Shown: piece by piece, positions 1 through 12,610 of the stretch
Layout of the letters: each line of letters starts with the position of its first letter
How positions within the stretch are numbered: the first letter of the stretch is position 1
Source of the DNA: Eledone cirrhosa
Lineage: Eukaryota
Direction: 5' to 3'
Assembly (NCBI GenBank): GCA_964016885.1
Contig: OZ024741.1
Span: forward strand, 316,138,001-316,202,000
DNA: 64,000 bases
Program-made: the position numbers and the translations under genes
The notes under the pieces: generated by a model
Database searches by the model: none
What the model was told of the DNA's origin: nothing
Seen by the model: only the letters and a program-made list of their open reading frames with translations

Positions 1-18
1 GTCTTTCATCTTCCTCAC

Positions 19-3000
19 CTATAGTCTGATGTAGAGTGAAGGCCCATTCAGACGGGCCATTCTCGCCACTTTCACCCATCTTTCATAAAAACGGCTGGGG
101 TGCAGCACCTCTCTCTCCATCCTGATCCTTCCTCCGAAATGATATCGGAAGAAACGGACCAGTTGTTGGCCAGAGAGAAAGGTGTCTGACCTCAGTCCTT
201 TCAGACGCGTCCACCATACAACCTCTTTCGCCATGGCTATTACGCACAGAAACACCGCCTCTTCTTCGTTTTTGAAGAGGGGAGGCGGCTTTATCGTTAC
301 AATAGACTCGGTGGTCAACCGGATCGGTCCCACCCTTGACAGCAGTTGTTCGACATAGCCCCACAGATCGGCAATACCCGGGCGCCCGTGTCTGTAGAGC
401 CTTTCTCGAACGGACAGAGCCCTTCTGTAGCATTGCCAGGCCAGGGACCTCTGGAAGTTATCCATGGGTCCCGGGCTGAATGTCTTACCGAACAGGTTGG
501 CCAGTTCGTCTTCCTCCATGCCTAGGGCTTCTCCGAGGGCGTCGTCGCACCTGCTAACCACCAGCCCTCTATAGAATGACGAGGTGGATTCTCCACTGAC
601 AGCCGGGTCCGCCTGCCAGAGAGCCGTGAGTGCCTGGGCACACTTGGTGTGCCAGGCGCCCAGTTTTCTCGGTCTTTGCTTGACCCAGGATTGCAGCTCG
701 GTGAGTGAGACGAGTCTGGGAAAGGCTCGCCTCACAAACGGGGCCCACACCGGTTGACCGGAGAGGAATACCTGAAGGTGCCGTAGCCTTAATGCCTGTT
801 TACGTATCATTAGCCACGGCATCCCCAGCCCTCCTTTCGAAGGGTGTTGACAGCAGATGAATCTCCTCACCATAGGAGCCCGCTTCTTCCAAAGGAATTG
901 GAAGAGTGCGCGCTCCATTTTGGCGAGCGTTTCCCTTGGGCAAGGCACAACGGTCAGGCGGTAGTAGATGACGGACGCTATATAAGTGTTCGCCACCTCC
1001 GCCCGACCTTTCAGGGACAGTTTGCACCTGGCCCACTTCTGGGTCAGTGCAAACACCCTGTTCGTTACCTCACCCCAGTTTTTCTCCACCTGGAGGTCTG
1101 GTCCGAACCAGACCCCGAGCAACTTCACCGGGCCCTCCGTCCAGCGCCCGACGACGCCATCGGAGGGCATCGATCTGCCCCTCCACGTGCCAAGTTGCAG
1201 ACCGATCGACTTGTCCCGGTTCAGCTTAGCCCCTGTAAACCTCTCGTACTCCACCAGTAAGGTGCCGATCGCCCCGATTTCCGAGGCCGTCGACACCATT
1301 ACTGTTACGTCATCGGCGTAGGCTGACACCGCTTTCCGCAATCCCGGTTCCAACGGGATGCCCTGCAACAACTCCAACTTCCGCAGCAGTGGCTCTAGAG
1401 TCATTACATACAGAAGGGAGGAGAGAGGGCACCCCTGTCGGATGGACCGCGCGATTTCGAACTGCTCCGAAAGGTAGCCGTTCACCTTGACCCTAGAGCA
1501 GATGCGGCTGCTGTGCATGGCATTGATCCAGCCCTTGAAAACGGGTCAGAAGCCTGCCGCCACTAGCACCGCATCCAGGTAACCATGGTCGACCCTATCG
1601 AATGCCTTAGATTGATCCAAGTTGATCAGAGCCCCACCAAAGCCGGGTTCGTTCCCAACCCTCTCTATGATGTATCGCATGAGGTGGAGGTTGTCGTGGA
1701 TGGACCTGGACGGGATAGCACATGCCTGCGCATCTCCCACCAGGTTGCCCACGACAAGCGCCAACCTCTTTGCTAGCACCTTGGCCAAAATCTGTAACTC
1801 TGTGTTTAGCAGAGTTATGGGCCTGAAGTTATTTATTTCGTCCCCCTTGTTCTCGTCCTTCCTCACTAGCGTGACTACGCCCTTGGTCACAGCACAGGGA
1901 ATTCTCCCGTTCTGTTGCCAGTTGCAGTAGACCGCCTCGAGGAGATCGGGGAACAAGTCCGGCATAGCTAGATATAGTTCGTATGGAAGACCATCGAGAC
2001 CCGGGGATTTACGTTTGCCGCATTGGCTCAGCACGTCCTCTATCTCAGCGGCTGAAATAGGCTCCTCGCAGGACTTCGCCTCCCTGTCCGAGAGACGCGG
2101 CAGGCCGTCGAGGTATGGACTGAAGTCCACATCCCCAACCGGCTCCCCGCCCCTTCCGAACAATCCGGCAAAGTGCTTTTGAAAAGCCTCGCACATCTGC
2201 TTATGTTCAAAGATCACCCGTCCATCCTGGTCTCGCAAAGACCGGATAGTGGATCTGCTCCCTCTTTTGGCTTCTGTCACGCGTGCCCAGCTAACAGCTT
2301 TGGTCCCCTCGTTTCCCAGAGCACGTATTTTGCTTCGGACGATGCAGCCTTCGTGTTTCGCGTCGAAGAACTGGCCCAGGGCCGTTCTCGACGCTAGCAG
2401 TCTGGCCACGTCGCCGCTTCTAATTGCCTCTTCTACACTATCTACCAACTCCCTTTCCTTCCTATTTCTATTTGAGTCTAACTCCTTACTAAATTCTATA
2501 GAGACTACTCTAATCTCTCTTTTGAGAGATCCCCACCACCTGCTGTTGACGATGGCGCCCGTCAACCGCTCCTTAACTAACGTGCTAATCCGGTCCCTGT
2601 AAGCCTTACTTGCCGGTAAGGACAAGTTGAGCTTCCAGTAACCGGGTCCCTGTCTATGAGTTCTGTCAAGGTTGACCATGCAGGTCACTAATTTGTGGTC
2701 TGAATAGCCAACCATGCGCATTTTTGGACAACTTAAAAAGTCCTTATCCTTAATTCTAACTAAGAACCTATCTAGGTACGACCTAGCTGATCCGCTGAGA
2801 TTTGCCCAAGTCCAGGTTGGCGCAGTCGGAAAATCTAGTCGATATCTATCGGCCAGGTCAAATCGACCGATTAACCCTTTGAGGCTATTACACCCCTCTC
2901 TATCGGGACAGGCCCCTACGTAGTCTCAGCGTGCATCTAGGATACCATTCCAGTCCCCCACTAATAGCAAGGAGCGGGACATCCCTAGAAAAGTCTCCAG

Positions 3001-3373
3001 ACGATGGAAGAAGTCCGGCCGCATTGACCCGAAAGGGCCGTAGGCGGCTACCAACCTAAACGCTCCGCCTTTACCACTGCCAAGGTCCAGAACCACTAGT
3101 CGACCCTCCGGGTCCAAATGTACCATGTGTTGCGAGACCCAGATGTTTTTGCAGCAGAACGACAACCCCACCCCCACCTCCGGGCTGACAGAGAGATGCG
3201 TGCATCTCAAAGTCATCAAAGGTGGGGGCCAGCTGTCGCACGTTGCTGATCCGGGCCTCGCAAATAACCATCACATCTATACGTTGTGACCTGAGGTCAT
3301 TTAGAAGCATTGCTTGCTTCCAATTTGAGCCCAGGCCACGCGCATTTAAACAGCCTACTCTTAGCATAGCCAT
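19..3373 (-). pseudogene. A1 ORF2 (APE endonuclease + reverse transcriptase), frameshifted; C-terminal CCHC finger deleted in frame
   Basis: LNARGL, GDWN, SDH, KSPGLDG, FRPITLLN, DQSKAFDRV, QGCPLS and YADD motifs split across ORFs 3071-3397, 2926-3219, 1546-2721 and 19-1518; the CPRC..H...C segment seen in A2/A3 is missing near 375. Confidence 0.92.
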
Positions 3374-3438
3374 GTTGGTGGTGAAGAGAAAAGGCACTTA
3401 CCTCTCTGCGTCCCGGGTATCGGGCTGCACAATTTCCA

Positions 3439-5170
3439 TTAGGGTGGGGGATGGGTTGTTGGGTGGGGTGGTGGTTTGTGGAAGTGTAGGGGCATCAGTG
3501 TGTTGTGTGGTTGGGGAGTTTGGAGTTGTGTGGGTGTTTCGGGAGGGGTGGGGTAGTTTTTTAGGAGGACGCGGTTAATGGGCCCGACGCAGGGGGGACC
3601 CACGTCCTCTTTAAAGTTGTTTTTTAAAGTTTTATAGGTGTGCTGTGGGGGCCTTAATCATTTTGAGGTGGGGGAAATCCCCTGCCTGGGTGAAGTTAGG
3701 CCCTTGGGTTTTTATTAGATTGTTGTTGTACACAATGTTTAACAGTTTTTTGTTTCTTGTGTTTATGTATGTGTATGCATGTTTTTGTTTTTGTGTGGTG
3801 TTTTTTTGTTTGCTGTTGTTGTGAGCTCTTTTGTGTTGGTGTCAGTGTTATGTTTTGGGAAGGGGTTGTTTTCATTTGTGTGTCTGAGGTGTGTTTTCTT
3901 TTTTTTCTTTTGATTGTGTGGAAGTGCTCCTCCTCGTCTGACGACGAACTAGGGTCATCTTCCGCGTTGGAGGGGAGGGGTATATTTTAGGGTTGTGTTT
4001 GCGGTGCGGGTGTTTTAGAAATTGTTTGTTTTTTGAGTGGGGGGGGGGGTTGGACGTTGTTTTGGTTTGAGCTGTGGTGGTTGTTTTTGTAGTGGTAGTT
4101 GTGGTGATTGTGTTGGTTGTGCAGTTGTTGGTGGTGTAGGCAGGATTGGGGTTTTCTTATTAAGTTGGGGACAGACAGCCCTCATGTGACCTCTGGTTCC
4201 GCAGAGGTAACACGAGGGACGCCTACCCTCAACGGTAATGTTGATGAAAGTTTGATCATCCAGTATGACGCATTCAGGGATCTGGGCGATCCTTTTGGGC
4301 CTCATTTGAACTACAAGTTCGAGGCTCGTTCCACTGAACGCGTCACCCGATGCCTTTCCCATGGACACCAGCGTGTCATCATCCAGGTCCAGGAAACCTG
4401 TCAAAACATAATCGGCAGGATGGTGTGGATTTTTATTTGTTGTGTTCTTCTACCCATGTACGTAGGGTAGAAGGTGTATGCGGTGGATGTGATTGGTTTG
4501 ATGGACAGTTTCACTGCTGTGTCCCTGTCCTTCATGAGAATGGATAGACTCCCGTAGAGTCTATCCTTCTGAATGAAGGTGATGTCCTTCATGACGTCTT
4601 TTAAAACCAGCTCTATCTCACTCTGTGATGGTTGAGCTGGTTTTTTTTCTTTTATTCGAGATCGTCCTAAACATGACAGTGTTTAGGAGTCTCTGGCTTT
4701 TTAGTTCCGGGGGGGAATGGATCGTGAATGAACCATTTTCCCCGTACACTATATATTTGTTGGCATCTGCCAGTAACTCCTTCGCTTTGGTTATATCTAC
4801 TGGCAGATAGTCGAGGGTTTTCCTTGCCGTCTCGGCGAAGGAGAAATTTTTTTTGTTTGTGTTGCTGTTGTAGTTGGTGGTGTTGTTGTTATCATTGTTG
4901 TTGTTATCACAGTTATTGGTCTTGTTGTTGTTATTGTTATTGGTGTTGTTTTCGTCCGTCGCATTGTTGTTGTTGTTGCTGTTGCTGGTGCCGCTGGTTC
5001 TTTGGGTTGTTGCCATAGCAACGTAAAGTTGTCGGTCAACAGGTGGAGAAAAATCCTTCCTCTGGCTGACCTTTCTTTTTGACCTCTGCTACTGTGACAG
5101 TGGCAGGGGGAAGCTGTAAGTTTATTTTCCCCTTTCCTCCTTCGAATTTTGGTGAAGAAGCTTCAGCCAT
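3439..5170 (-). pseudogene. A1 ORF1 (gag-like nucleic-acid-binding protein), frameshifted
   Basis: Starts MAEASSP like A3; poly-Asn tract; zinc knuckle CYLCGTRGHMRAVC; split over ORFs 4618-5016, 4401-4592 and 4015-4404. Confidence 0.85.
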
Positions 5171-5381
5171 TTTAAAAAATGTTAACTTTTTAACAAGAAA
5201 AAACTTTTTTTGTTTAACTATTTCGCCTAAAGGCGTAGAATATTTTGAGAGACTGACCAGATCAAAGTTTGACCTGGCAGTCCCTCTACAAAATGGTACA
5301 AAAATTAAAGTTTACAGACAAGAATTTCTATAGAAATTTAAACAGAACTTACTCAGCAAGTTATACGCGTGTGGCCATCCC

Positions 5382-5405
5382 AGAGATAGATAAATAGATA
5401 GATAT
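5382..5405. repeat. (GATA)n spacer between A1 and A2 (target remnant)
   Basis: agagatagataaatagatagatat directly joins the A1 5' end to the A2 3' end. Confidence 0.9.
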
Positions 5406-8400
5406 GTTTCTTTTATTTGCCACCAGGGCATCAAAAGTGGGACAAGTACAATGGGGGGAGTTTACAAAACAAGGCGTCCTCAATAGGGAGGAGGCAATAA
5501 CAATATATAAAAATAAAATAAAATATAACAAAAAATAGAATTATAACAAAATCCTCAATAGAGGATTTTGTTATAAAATATAACAAAAAATAAAATTTAT
5601 AACAAAATCCTCAAAAGAGAGGAGGCGCCTTGGGGGGTCGCACACACCCCCGAAAAAAGTGTGCAACCCTTTTCCTCAGGAGCACAGAGAAGGGGTGCTC
5701 CCTCGTTCCTTCCTCTTTTCCACCTACAGGCTTATGTAAAGAGAAGGCCCATTCACACGGGCCATTCTCGCCACTTTCACCCACCTTTCATAAAAACGAC
5801 TGGGGTGCAGCACCTCTCTCTCCATCCTGATCCTTCTTCCGAAATGATATCGGAAGAAACGGACCAGTTGTTGGCCAGAGAGAAAGGTGCCTGACCTCAG
5901 TCCTTTCAGACGCGTCCACCATACAACTTCTTTCACCATGGCTATTACGCACAGAAACACCGCCTCTCCTTCATATTTGAAGGGGGGAGGCGGCTTGATT
6001 ATTACAATAGACTCGGTGGTCAACCGGATCGGTCCCACCCTTGACAGCAGTTGTTCGACATAGCCCCACAGATCGGCTACGCCCGAGCAGTGTACCAATG
6101 CGTGTGCAACGGTTTCCTCGTCGCACACGCATCTGGGACAGATCTTTTTGGCGGGGTCCCTACCCGGGCGCCCGTGTCTGTAGAGCTTTTCTCGAACGGG
6201 TAGAGCCCCTCGGTAGCACTGCCAGGCCAGGGACTTCTGGAAGTTGTCCATAGGTCCTGGGCTGAATGTCCTACCGAACAGGCTGGCCAGTTCGTCTTCC
6301 TCCATGCCTAGGGCTTCTCCGAGGGCGTCATCGCACCTGCTAACCACCAGCCCTCTATAGAATGACGAGGTGGATTCTCCACTGACAGCCGGGTCCGCCT
6401 GCCAGAGAGCCGTGAGTGCCTGGGCACACTCAGTGTGCCAAGCGCCCAGTTTTCTCGGTCTTTGCTTGACCTAGGATTGCAGCTCGGTGAGTGAGACGAG
6501 TCTGGGAAAGGTTCGTCTCACAAACGAGGCCCACACCGGTTGACCGGTGAGGAATACGTAGAGGTGCCGTAGCCTTAATGCGTGTTTACGCATCATTAGC
6601 CACGGCATCCCCACCCCTACTTTCGAAGTGTGTTGACAGCAGATGGATCTCCTCACCATAGGAGCCCGCCTCTTCCAAAGGAATTGGAAGAGCGCGCGCT
6701 CCATCTTGGTGAGGGATTCCCTTGGGCAGGGCACTACGGTCAGGCGGTAGTAGATGACGGACGCTATATAGGTGTTCGCCACCTCCGCCCGACCTTTCAG
6801 GGATAGTTTGCAACTGGCCCACTTCTGGGTCAGTGCAGACACCCTGTTCGTAACCTCCGCCCAGTTTTTCTCCACCTGGAGGTCCGGTCCGAACCAGACC
6901 CCGAGCAACTTCACCGGGCCCTCCGTCCAGCGTCCGACGACGCCATCGGAGGGCATCGGTCTGCCCCTCCACGTGCCGAGTTGCAAACCGATCGACTTGT
7001 CCCGGTTCAGCTTAGCCCCTGTGAACCTTTCGTACTCCTCCAGTAAGGTGCCGACCGTCTCGATTTCGGAGGCCGTCGACACCATTACTGTCACGTCATC
7101 GGCGTAGGCCGACACCGCTTTCCGCAATCCCGGTTCCAAAGGGATGCCCAGCAACAACTCCAACTTCCGCAGTAGTGGCTCGAGAGTCAACACATACAGA
7201 AGGGAGGAGAGAGGGCACCCTTGTCGGATGGACCGCGCGATTTTGAACGGCTCCGAGAGGTAGCCGTTCACCTTGACCCTAGAGCAGATGCGGCTGCTGT
7301 GCATAGCAGTGATCCAGCCCCTGAAAACGGGTCCGAAGCCTGCCGCCGCTAGCACCGCATCCAGGTAACCATGGTCGACCCTATCGAACGCCTTAGATTG
7401 ATCCAAGTTGATCAGAGCCCCACCAAAGCCGGGTTCGTTCCCAACCCTCTCTATGATGTATCGCATGAGGTGGAGGTTGTCATGGATGGACCTGGACGGG
7501 ATAGCGCATGTCTGCGCATCTCCCACCAGGTTGCCCACGACAAGCGCCAACCTCTTTGCTAGCACCTTGGCCAAAATCTGTAACTCTGTATTTAGCAGAG
7601 TTATGGGCCTGAAGTTACTTATTTCGTCCCCCTTGTTCTCGTCCTTCCTCACTAGCGTGACTACGCCCTTGGTCACAGAACAGGGAATTCTCCCGTTCTG
7701 TTGCCAGTTGCAGTAGACCGCCTCGAGGAGATCGGGGAACAAGTCCGGCATAGCTAGATATAATTCGTAAGGAAGACCATCGAGACCCGGGGATTTGCGT
7801 TTGCCGCATTGGCCCAGCACGTCCTCTATCTCAGCGGCCGAAATCGGCTCCTCGCAGGACTTCACCTCCCTGTCCGAGAGACGCGGCAGGCCGTCGAGGT
7901 ATGGACCGAAGTCCACATTCCCAACCGGCTCCCCGCCCCTCCCGAACAGTCGGGAAAAGTGCCTTTGAAAGGCCTCACACATCTGCTTAGGCTCAAGAAT
8001 CGCCCGTCCATCCAGGTCTCGCAGAGACCGGATAGTGGATTTTGTTCCACTTTTGGCCTCTGTCACGCGGGCCCAGCTAACAGCTTTGGTCCCCTCGTTC
8101 CCTAGAGCACGTATTTTACTTCGGACAACGCAGCCTTCGTGCTTCGCGTCGAAAAACTGGCTCAAAGCCGTTCTCGACGCTAGCACTCTGGCCACGTCGC
8201 CGCTTCTAATTGCCTCTTCTACTCTATCTATTAGCTCCCTTTCCTTCCTATTCCTATCCGCAGCTAGAACCTTACTAAATTCTATCGAGACTACTCTAAT
8301 CTCTCTCTTTAGAGATACCCACCACCTGCTGTTGACGATCGCTCCAGTCAATCGTTCCTTAACTAACGTACTAATCCGATCCCTGTAGGCTCTACATGCC

Positions 8401-8895
8401 GGCAAGGACAAGTTGAGCTTCCAGTAACCGGGGCCCTGTCTATGCGTTCTATCAAGGTTGACCATGCAGGTCACCAACTTGTGGTCTGAATAGCCAACCA
8501 TGAGCATTTCTGGACAACTTAAAAAGTCCCTGTCCTTATTTCTAACTAAAAATCTATCTAGGAACGACCTAGATGATCCGCTGCGATTTGACCAAGACCA
8601 GGTTGGCACCGTCGGAAAATCTAGTCGAAATCTATCGGCCAGGTCAAATCGGCCGAGTAACCCCTTGAGGCTGTTGCACCCCTCTCTGTCGGGACATGCC
8701 CCTGCATAGTCCCAACGTGCATCCAGGATACCATTCCAATCCCCCACTAAAAGCAGGGAACGGGACGTCCCTAGAAAAGACTCCAGACGCTGGAAAAAGT
8801 CGGGCCGCTCTGTCCCAAAAGGGGCATATGCGGCTACCAGCCTAAAGGCTCCACCTTCACCACTGCCAAGGTCCAGCACCACCAGTCGACCCCCT
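5406..8895 (-). mobile_element. Tx1-like family A, copy A2, 5'-truncated inside the endonuclease domain
   Basis: 3' end GTGGCAAATAAAAGAAAC; homology to A3 stops at 8895 and is followed by agatagatagatga; one premature TAG at 6471 (Trp in A3). Confidence 0.93.
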
Positions 8896-9172
8896 AGATA
8901 GATAGATGAGTTTCTTTTATTTGCCACTAGGGCATCAAAAGTGGGACAAGTACAAAGGGGGGAGTTTACACAAAAAGGCGTCCTCATTAAGGAGGAGGCA
9001 ATAACAAAATATAAAAATAAAATAAGATATAACAAAAAATAAAATTTTTAACAAAATCCTCAATAGAGAGGAGGCGCCTTGGGGGGTCGCACACACCCCC
9101 GAAAAAAGTGTGCAACCCTTTTCCTCAGGAGCACAGAGAGGGGGTGCTCCCTCGTTCCTTCCTCTTTTCCAC

Positions 9173-12100
9173 CTACAGGCTTATGTAAAGAGAAGGCCCA
9201 TTCACACGGGCCATTCTCGCCACTTTCACCCACCTTTCATAAAAACGACTGGGGTGCAGCACCTCTCTCTCCATCCTGATCCTTCTTCCGAAATGATATC
9301 GGAAGAAACGGACCAGTTGTTGGCCAGAGAGAAAGGTGCCTGACCTCAGTCCTTTCAGACGCGTCCACCATACAACCTCTTTCGCCATGGCTATTACGCA
9401 CAGAAACACCGCCTCTGCTTCATCTTTGAAGGGGGGAGGCGGCTTGATCATTACAATAGACTCGGTGGTCAACCGGATCGGTCCCACCCTTGACAGCAGT
9501 TGTTCGACATAGCCCCACAGATCGGCTACGCCCGAGCAGTGTACCAATGCGTGTGCAACGGTTTCCTCGTCGCACACGCATCTGGGACAGATCTTTTTGG
9601 CGGGGTCCCTACCCGGGCGCCCGTGTCTGTAGAGCCTTTCTCGAACGGGTAAAGCCCCTCGGTAGCACTGCCAGGCCAGGGACTTCTGGAAGTTGTCCAT
9701 AGGTCCCGGGCTGAATGTCCTACCGAACAGGCTGGCCAGTTCGTCCTCCTCCATGTCTAGGGCTTCTCCGAGGGCGTCGTCGCACCTGCTGCGTACCAGC
9801 CCTCTATAGAATGTTGCGGTGGAGTCTCCACTGATAACCGGATCCGCCTGCCAGAGGGCGGTGAGCGCCTGGGCACACTCAGTGTGCCAGGCGCCCAGTT
9901 TTCTCGGTCTTTGCTTGACCCAGGATTGCAGCTCGGTGAGTGAGACGACTCTGGGAAAGGTTCGTCTCACAAACGAGGCCCACACCGGTTGTCCGGTGAG
10001 GAATACGTAGAGGTGCCGTAGCCTTAATGCGTGTTTACGCATCATTAGCCACGGCATCCCCAGCCCTCCTTTCGAAGGGTGTTTACAGCAGATGGATCTC
10101 CTCGCCATAGGAGCCCGCCTCTTCCAAAGGAATTGGAAGAGCGCGCGCCCCATCTTGGTGAGGGTTTCCCTTGGGCAGGGCACTACGGTCAGGCGGTAGT
10201 AGATGCCGGACGCTATATAAGTGTTCGCCACCTCCGCCCGACCTTTCAGGGATAGTTTGCAACTGGCCCACTTCTGGGTCAGTGCAAACACCCTGTTCGT
10301 AACCTCCGCCCAGTTTTTCTCCACCTGGAGGTCCGGTCCGAACCAGACCCCGAGCAACTTCACCGGGCCCTCCGTCCAGCGTCCGACGACGCCATCAGAG
10401 GGCATCGGTCTGCCCCTCCACGTGCCGAGTTGCAAACCGATCGACTTGTCACGGTTCAGCTTAGCCCCTGTGAACTTTTCGTACTCCTCCAGTAAGGTGC
10501 CGACCGCCTCGATTTCGGAGGCCGTCGACACCATTACTGTCACATCATCGGCGTAGGCTGACACCGCTTTCCGCAATCCCGGTTCCAAAGGGATGCCCTG
10601 CAACAACTCCAACTTCCGCAGTAGTGGCTCGAGAGTCAACACATACAGAAGGGAGGAGAGAGGGCACCCTTGTCGGATGGACCGCGCGATTTTGAACGGC
10701 CCCGAGTGGTAGCCGTTCACCTTGACCCTAGAGCAGATGCGGCTGCTGTGCATAGCAGTGATCCAGCCCCTGAAAACGGGTCCGAAGCCTGCCGCCGCTA
10801 GCACCGCATCCAGGTAACCATGGTCGACCCTATCGAACGCCTTAGATTGATCCAAGTTGATCAGAGCCCCACCAAAGCCGGGTTCGTTCCCAACCCTCTC
10901 TATGATGTATCGCATGAGGTGGAGGTTGTCGTGGATGGACCTGGACGGGATAGCGCATGTCTGCGCATCTCCCACCAGGTTGCCCACGACAAGCGCCAAC
11001 CTCTTTGCTAGCACCTTGGCCAAAATCTGTAACTCTGTATTTAGCAGAGTTATGGGCCTGAAGTTACTTATTTCGTCCCCCTTGTTCTCGTCCTTCCTCA
11101 CTAGCGTGACTACGCCCTTGGTCACAGTACAGGGAATTCTCCCGTTCTGTTGCCAGTTGCAGTAGACCGCCTCGAGGAGATCGGGGAACAAGTCCGGCAT
11201 AGCTAGATATAATTCGTAGGGAAGACCATCGAGACCCGGGGATTTGCGTTTGCCGCATTGGTTCAGCACGTCCTCTATCTCAGCGGCCGAAATCGGCTCC
11301 TCGCAGGACTTCGCCTCCCTGTCCGAGAGGCGCGGCAGGCCGTCGAGGTATGGACCGAAGTCCACGTTCCCAACCGGCTCCCCGCCGCTCCCGAACAGTC
11401 GGGCAAAGTGCCTTTGAAAGGCCTCACACATCTGCTTAGGCTCAAGAATCGCCCGTCCATCCAGGTCTCGCAAAGACCGGATGGTGGATTTAGTTCCACT
11501 GTTGGCCTCTGTCACGCGGGCCCAGCTAACAGCTTTGGCCCCCTCGTTCCCTAGAGCACGTATTTTACTTCGGACAACGCAGCCTTCGTGCTTCGCGTCG
11601 AAAAACTGGCTCAAAGCCGTTCTCGACGCTAGCACTCTGGCCACGTCGCCGCTTCTAATTGCCTCTTCTACTCTATCTATTAGCTCCCTTTCCTTCCTAT
11701 TCCTATCCGCAGCTAGAACCTTACTAAATTCAATCGAGACTACTCTAATCTCTCTCTTTAGAGATACCCACCACCTGCTGTTGACGATCGCTCCAGTCAG
11801 CCGTTCCTTAACTAACGTACTAATCCGATTCCTGTAGGCTCTACTTGCCGGCAAGGACAAGTTGAGCTTCCAGTAACCGGGGCCCTGTCTATGCGTTCTA
11901 TCAAGGTTGATCATGCAGGTCACCAACTTGTGGTCTGAATAGCCAACCATGAGCATTTCTGGACAACTTAAAAAGTCCCTGTCCTTATTTCTAACTAAAA
12001 ATCTATCTAGGTACGATCTAGATGATCCGCTGCGATTTGACCAAGACCAGGTTGGCACCGTCGGAAAATCTAGTCGAAATCTATCGGCCAGGTCAAATCG

Positions 12101-12610
12101 GCCGAGTAACCCCTTGAGGCTGTTGCACCCCTCTCTATCGGGACATGCCCCTGCATAGTCCCAACGTGCATCCAGGATACCATTCCAATCCCCCACTAAA
12201 AGCAGGGAACGGGACGTCCCTAGAAAAGACTCCAGACGCTGGAAAAAGTCGGGCCGCTCTGTCCCAAAAGGGGCATATGCGGCTATCAGCCTAAAGGCTC
12301 TACCTTCACCACTGCCAAGGTCCAGCACCACCAGTCGACCCCCTGGGTCCAAGTGAACTATCTGTGTTGCAAGGCCCATATGTTTTTGCAGCAGAACGAC
12401 AACCCCACCCCCACCTCCGGGCTGACAGAGAGATGCGTGCATCTCAAAGTCGTCAAAGGTGGGGCCTAGCTGTCGCATGCTGCTGATCCGGGCCTCGCAG
12501 ATAACCATCACATTTATAGATTGTGACCTGAGGTCATTTAGAAGCATTGCTTGCTTCCAAGACGAGCCCAGGCCACGCGCATTTAGACACCCTACTCTTA
12601 GCACAGCCAT
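9173..12610 (-). CDS. A3 ORF2: APE endonuclease-RT-CCHC polyprotein, 1145 aa from the first ATG
   Basis: Uninterrupted ORF: MAVLRVGCLNARGL, GDWN, YLDRFL, SDH, RT motifs including YADD, C-terminal CPRC-x-ETVAHALVHC; L1/Tx1-type signature LSLKGRAEVAN. Confidence 0.95.
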   Translation of the reverse strand: MAVLRVGCLNARGLGSSWKQAMLLNDLRSQSINVMVICEARISSMRQLGPTFDDFEMHASLCQPGGGGGVVVLLQKHMGLATQIVHLDPGGRLVVLDLGSGEGRAFRLIAAYAPFGTERPDFFQRLESFLGTSRSLLLVGDWNGILDARWDYAGACPDREGCNSLKGLLGRFDLADRFRLDFPTVPTWSWSNRSGSSRSYLDRFLVRNKDRDFLSCPEMLMVGYSDHKLVTCMINLDRTHRQGPGYWKLNLSLPASRAYRNRISTLVKERLTGAIVNSRWWVSLKREIRVVSIEFSKVLAADRNRKERELIDRVEEAIRSGDVARVLASRTALSQFFDAKHEGCVVRSKIRALGNEGAKAVSWARVTEANSGTKSTIRSLRDLDGRAILEPKQMCEAFQRHFARLFGSGGEPVGNVDFGPYLDGLPRLSDREAKSCEEPISAAEIEDVLNQCGKRKSPGLDGLPYELYLAMPDLFPDLLEAVYCNWQQNGRIPCTVTKGVVTLVRKDENKGDEISNFRPITLLNTELQILAKVLAKRLALVVGNLVGDAQTCAIPSRSIHDNLHLMRYIIERVGNEPGFGGALINLDQSKAFDRVDHGYLDAVLAAAGFGPVFRGWITAMHSSRICSRVKVNGYHSGPFKIARSIRQGCPLSSLLYVLTLEPLLRKLELLQGIPLEPGLRKAVSAYADDVTVMVSTASEIEAVGTLLEEYEKFTGAKLNRDKSIGLQLGTWRGRPMPSDGVVGRWTEGPVKLLGVWFGPDLQVEKNWAEVTNRVFALTQKWASCKLSLKGRAEVANTYIASGIYYRLTVVPCPRETLTKMGRALFQFLWKRRAPMARRSICCKHPSKGGLGMPWLMMRKHALRLRHLYVFLTGQPVWASFVRRTFPRVVSLTELQSWVKQRPRKLGAWHTECAQALTALWQADPVISGDSTATFYRGLVRSRCDDALGEALDMEEDELASLFGRTFSPGPMDNFQKSLAWQCYRGALPVRERLYRHGRPGRDPAKKICPRCVCDEETVAHALVHCSGVADLWGYVEQLLSRVGPIRLTTESIVMIKPPPPFKDEAEAVFLCVIAMAKEVVWWTRLKGLRSGTFLSGQQLVRFFRYHFGRRIRMEREVLHPSRFYERWVKVARMARVNGPSLYISL

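Larger units (their letters stand above)
1..5381 (-). mobile_element. Tx1-like non-LTR retrotransposon, family A, copy A1 (5'-complete, decayed; 3' end runs off the window)
   Basis: ORF1 and ORF2 fragments collinear with intact copy A3; 5' UTR homologous to A3 and ending at a (GATA)n tract at 5382. Confidence 0.92.

Noticed and set aside
8896-9035. Hydrophobic N-terminus of the 854-aa ORF (6471-9035)
   Set aside because: Chance read-through from the A3 3' UTR across the GATA junction into truncated A2
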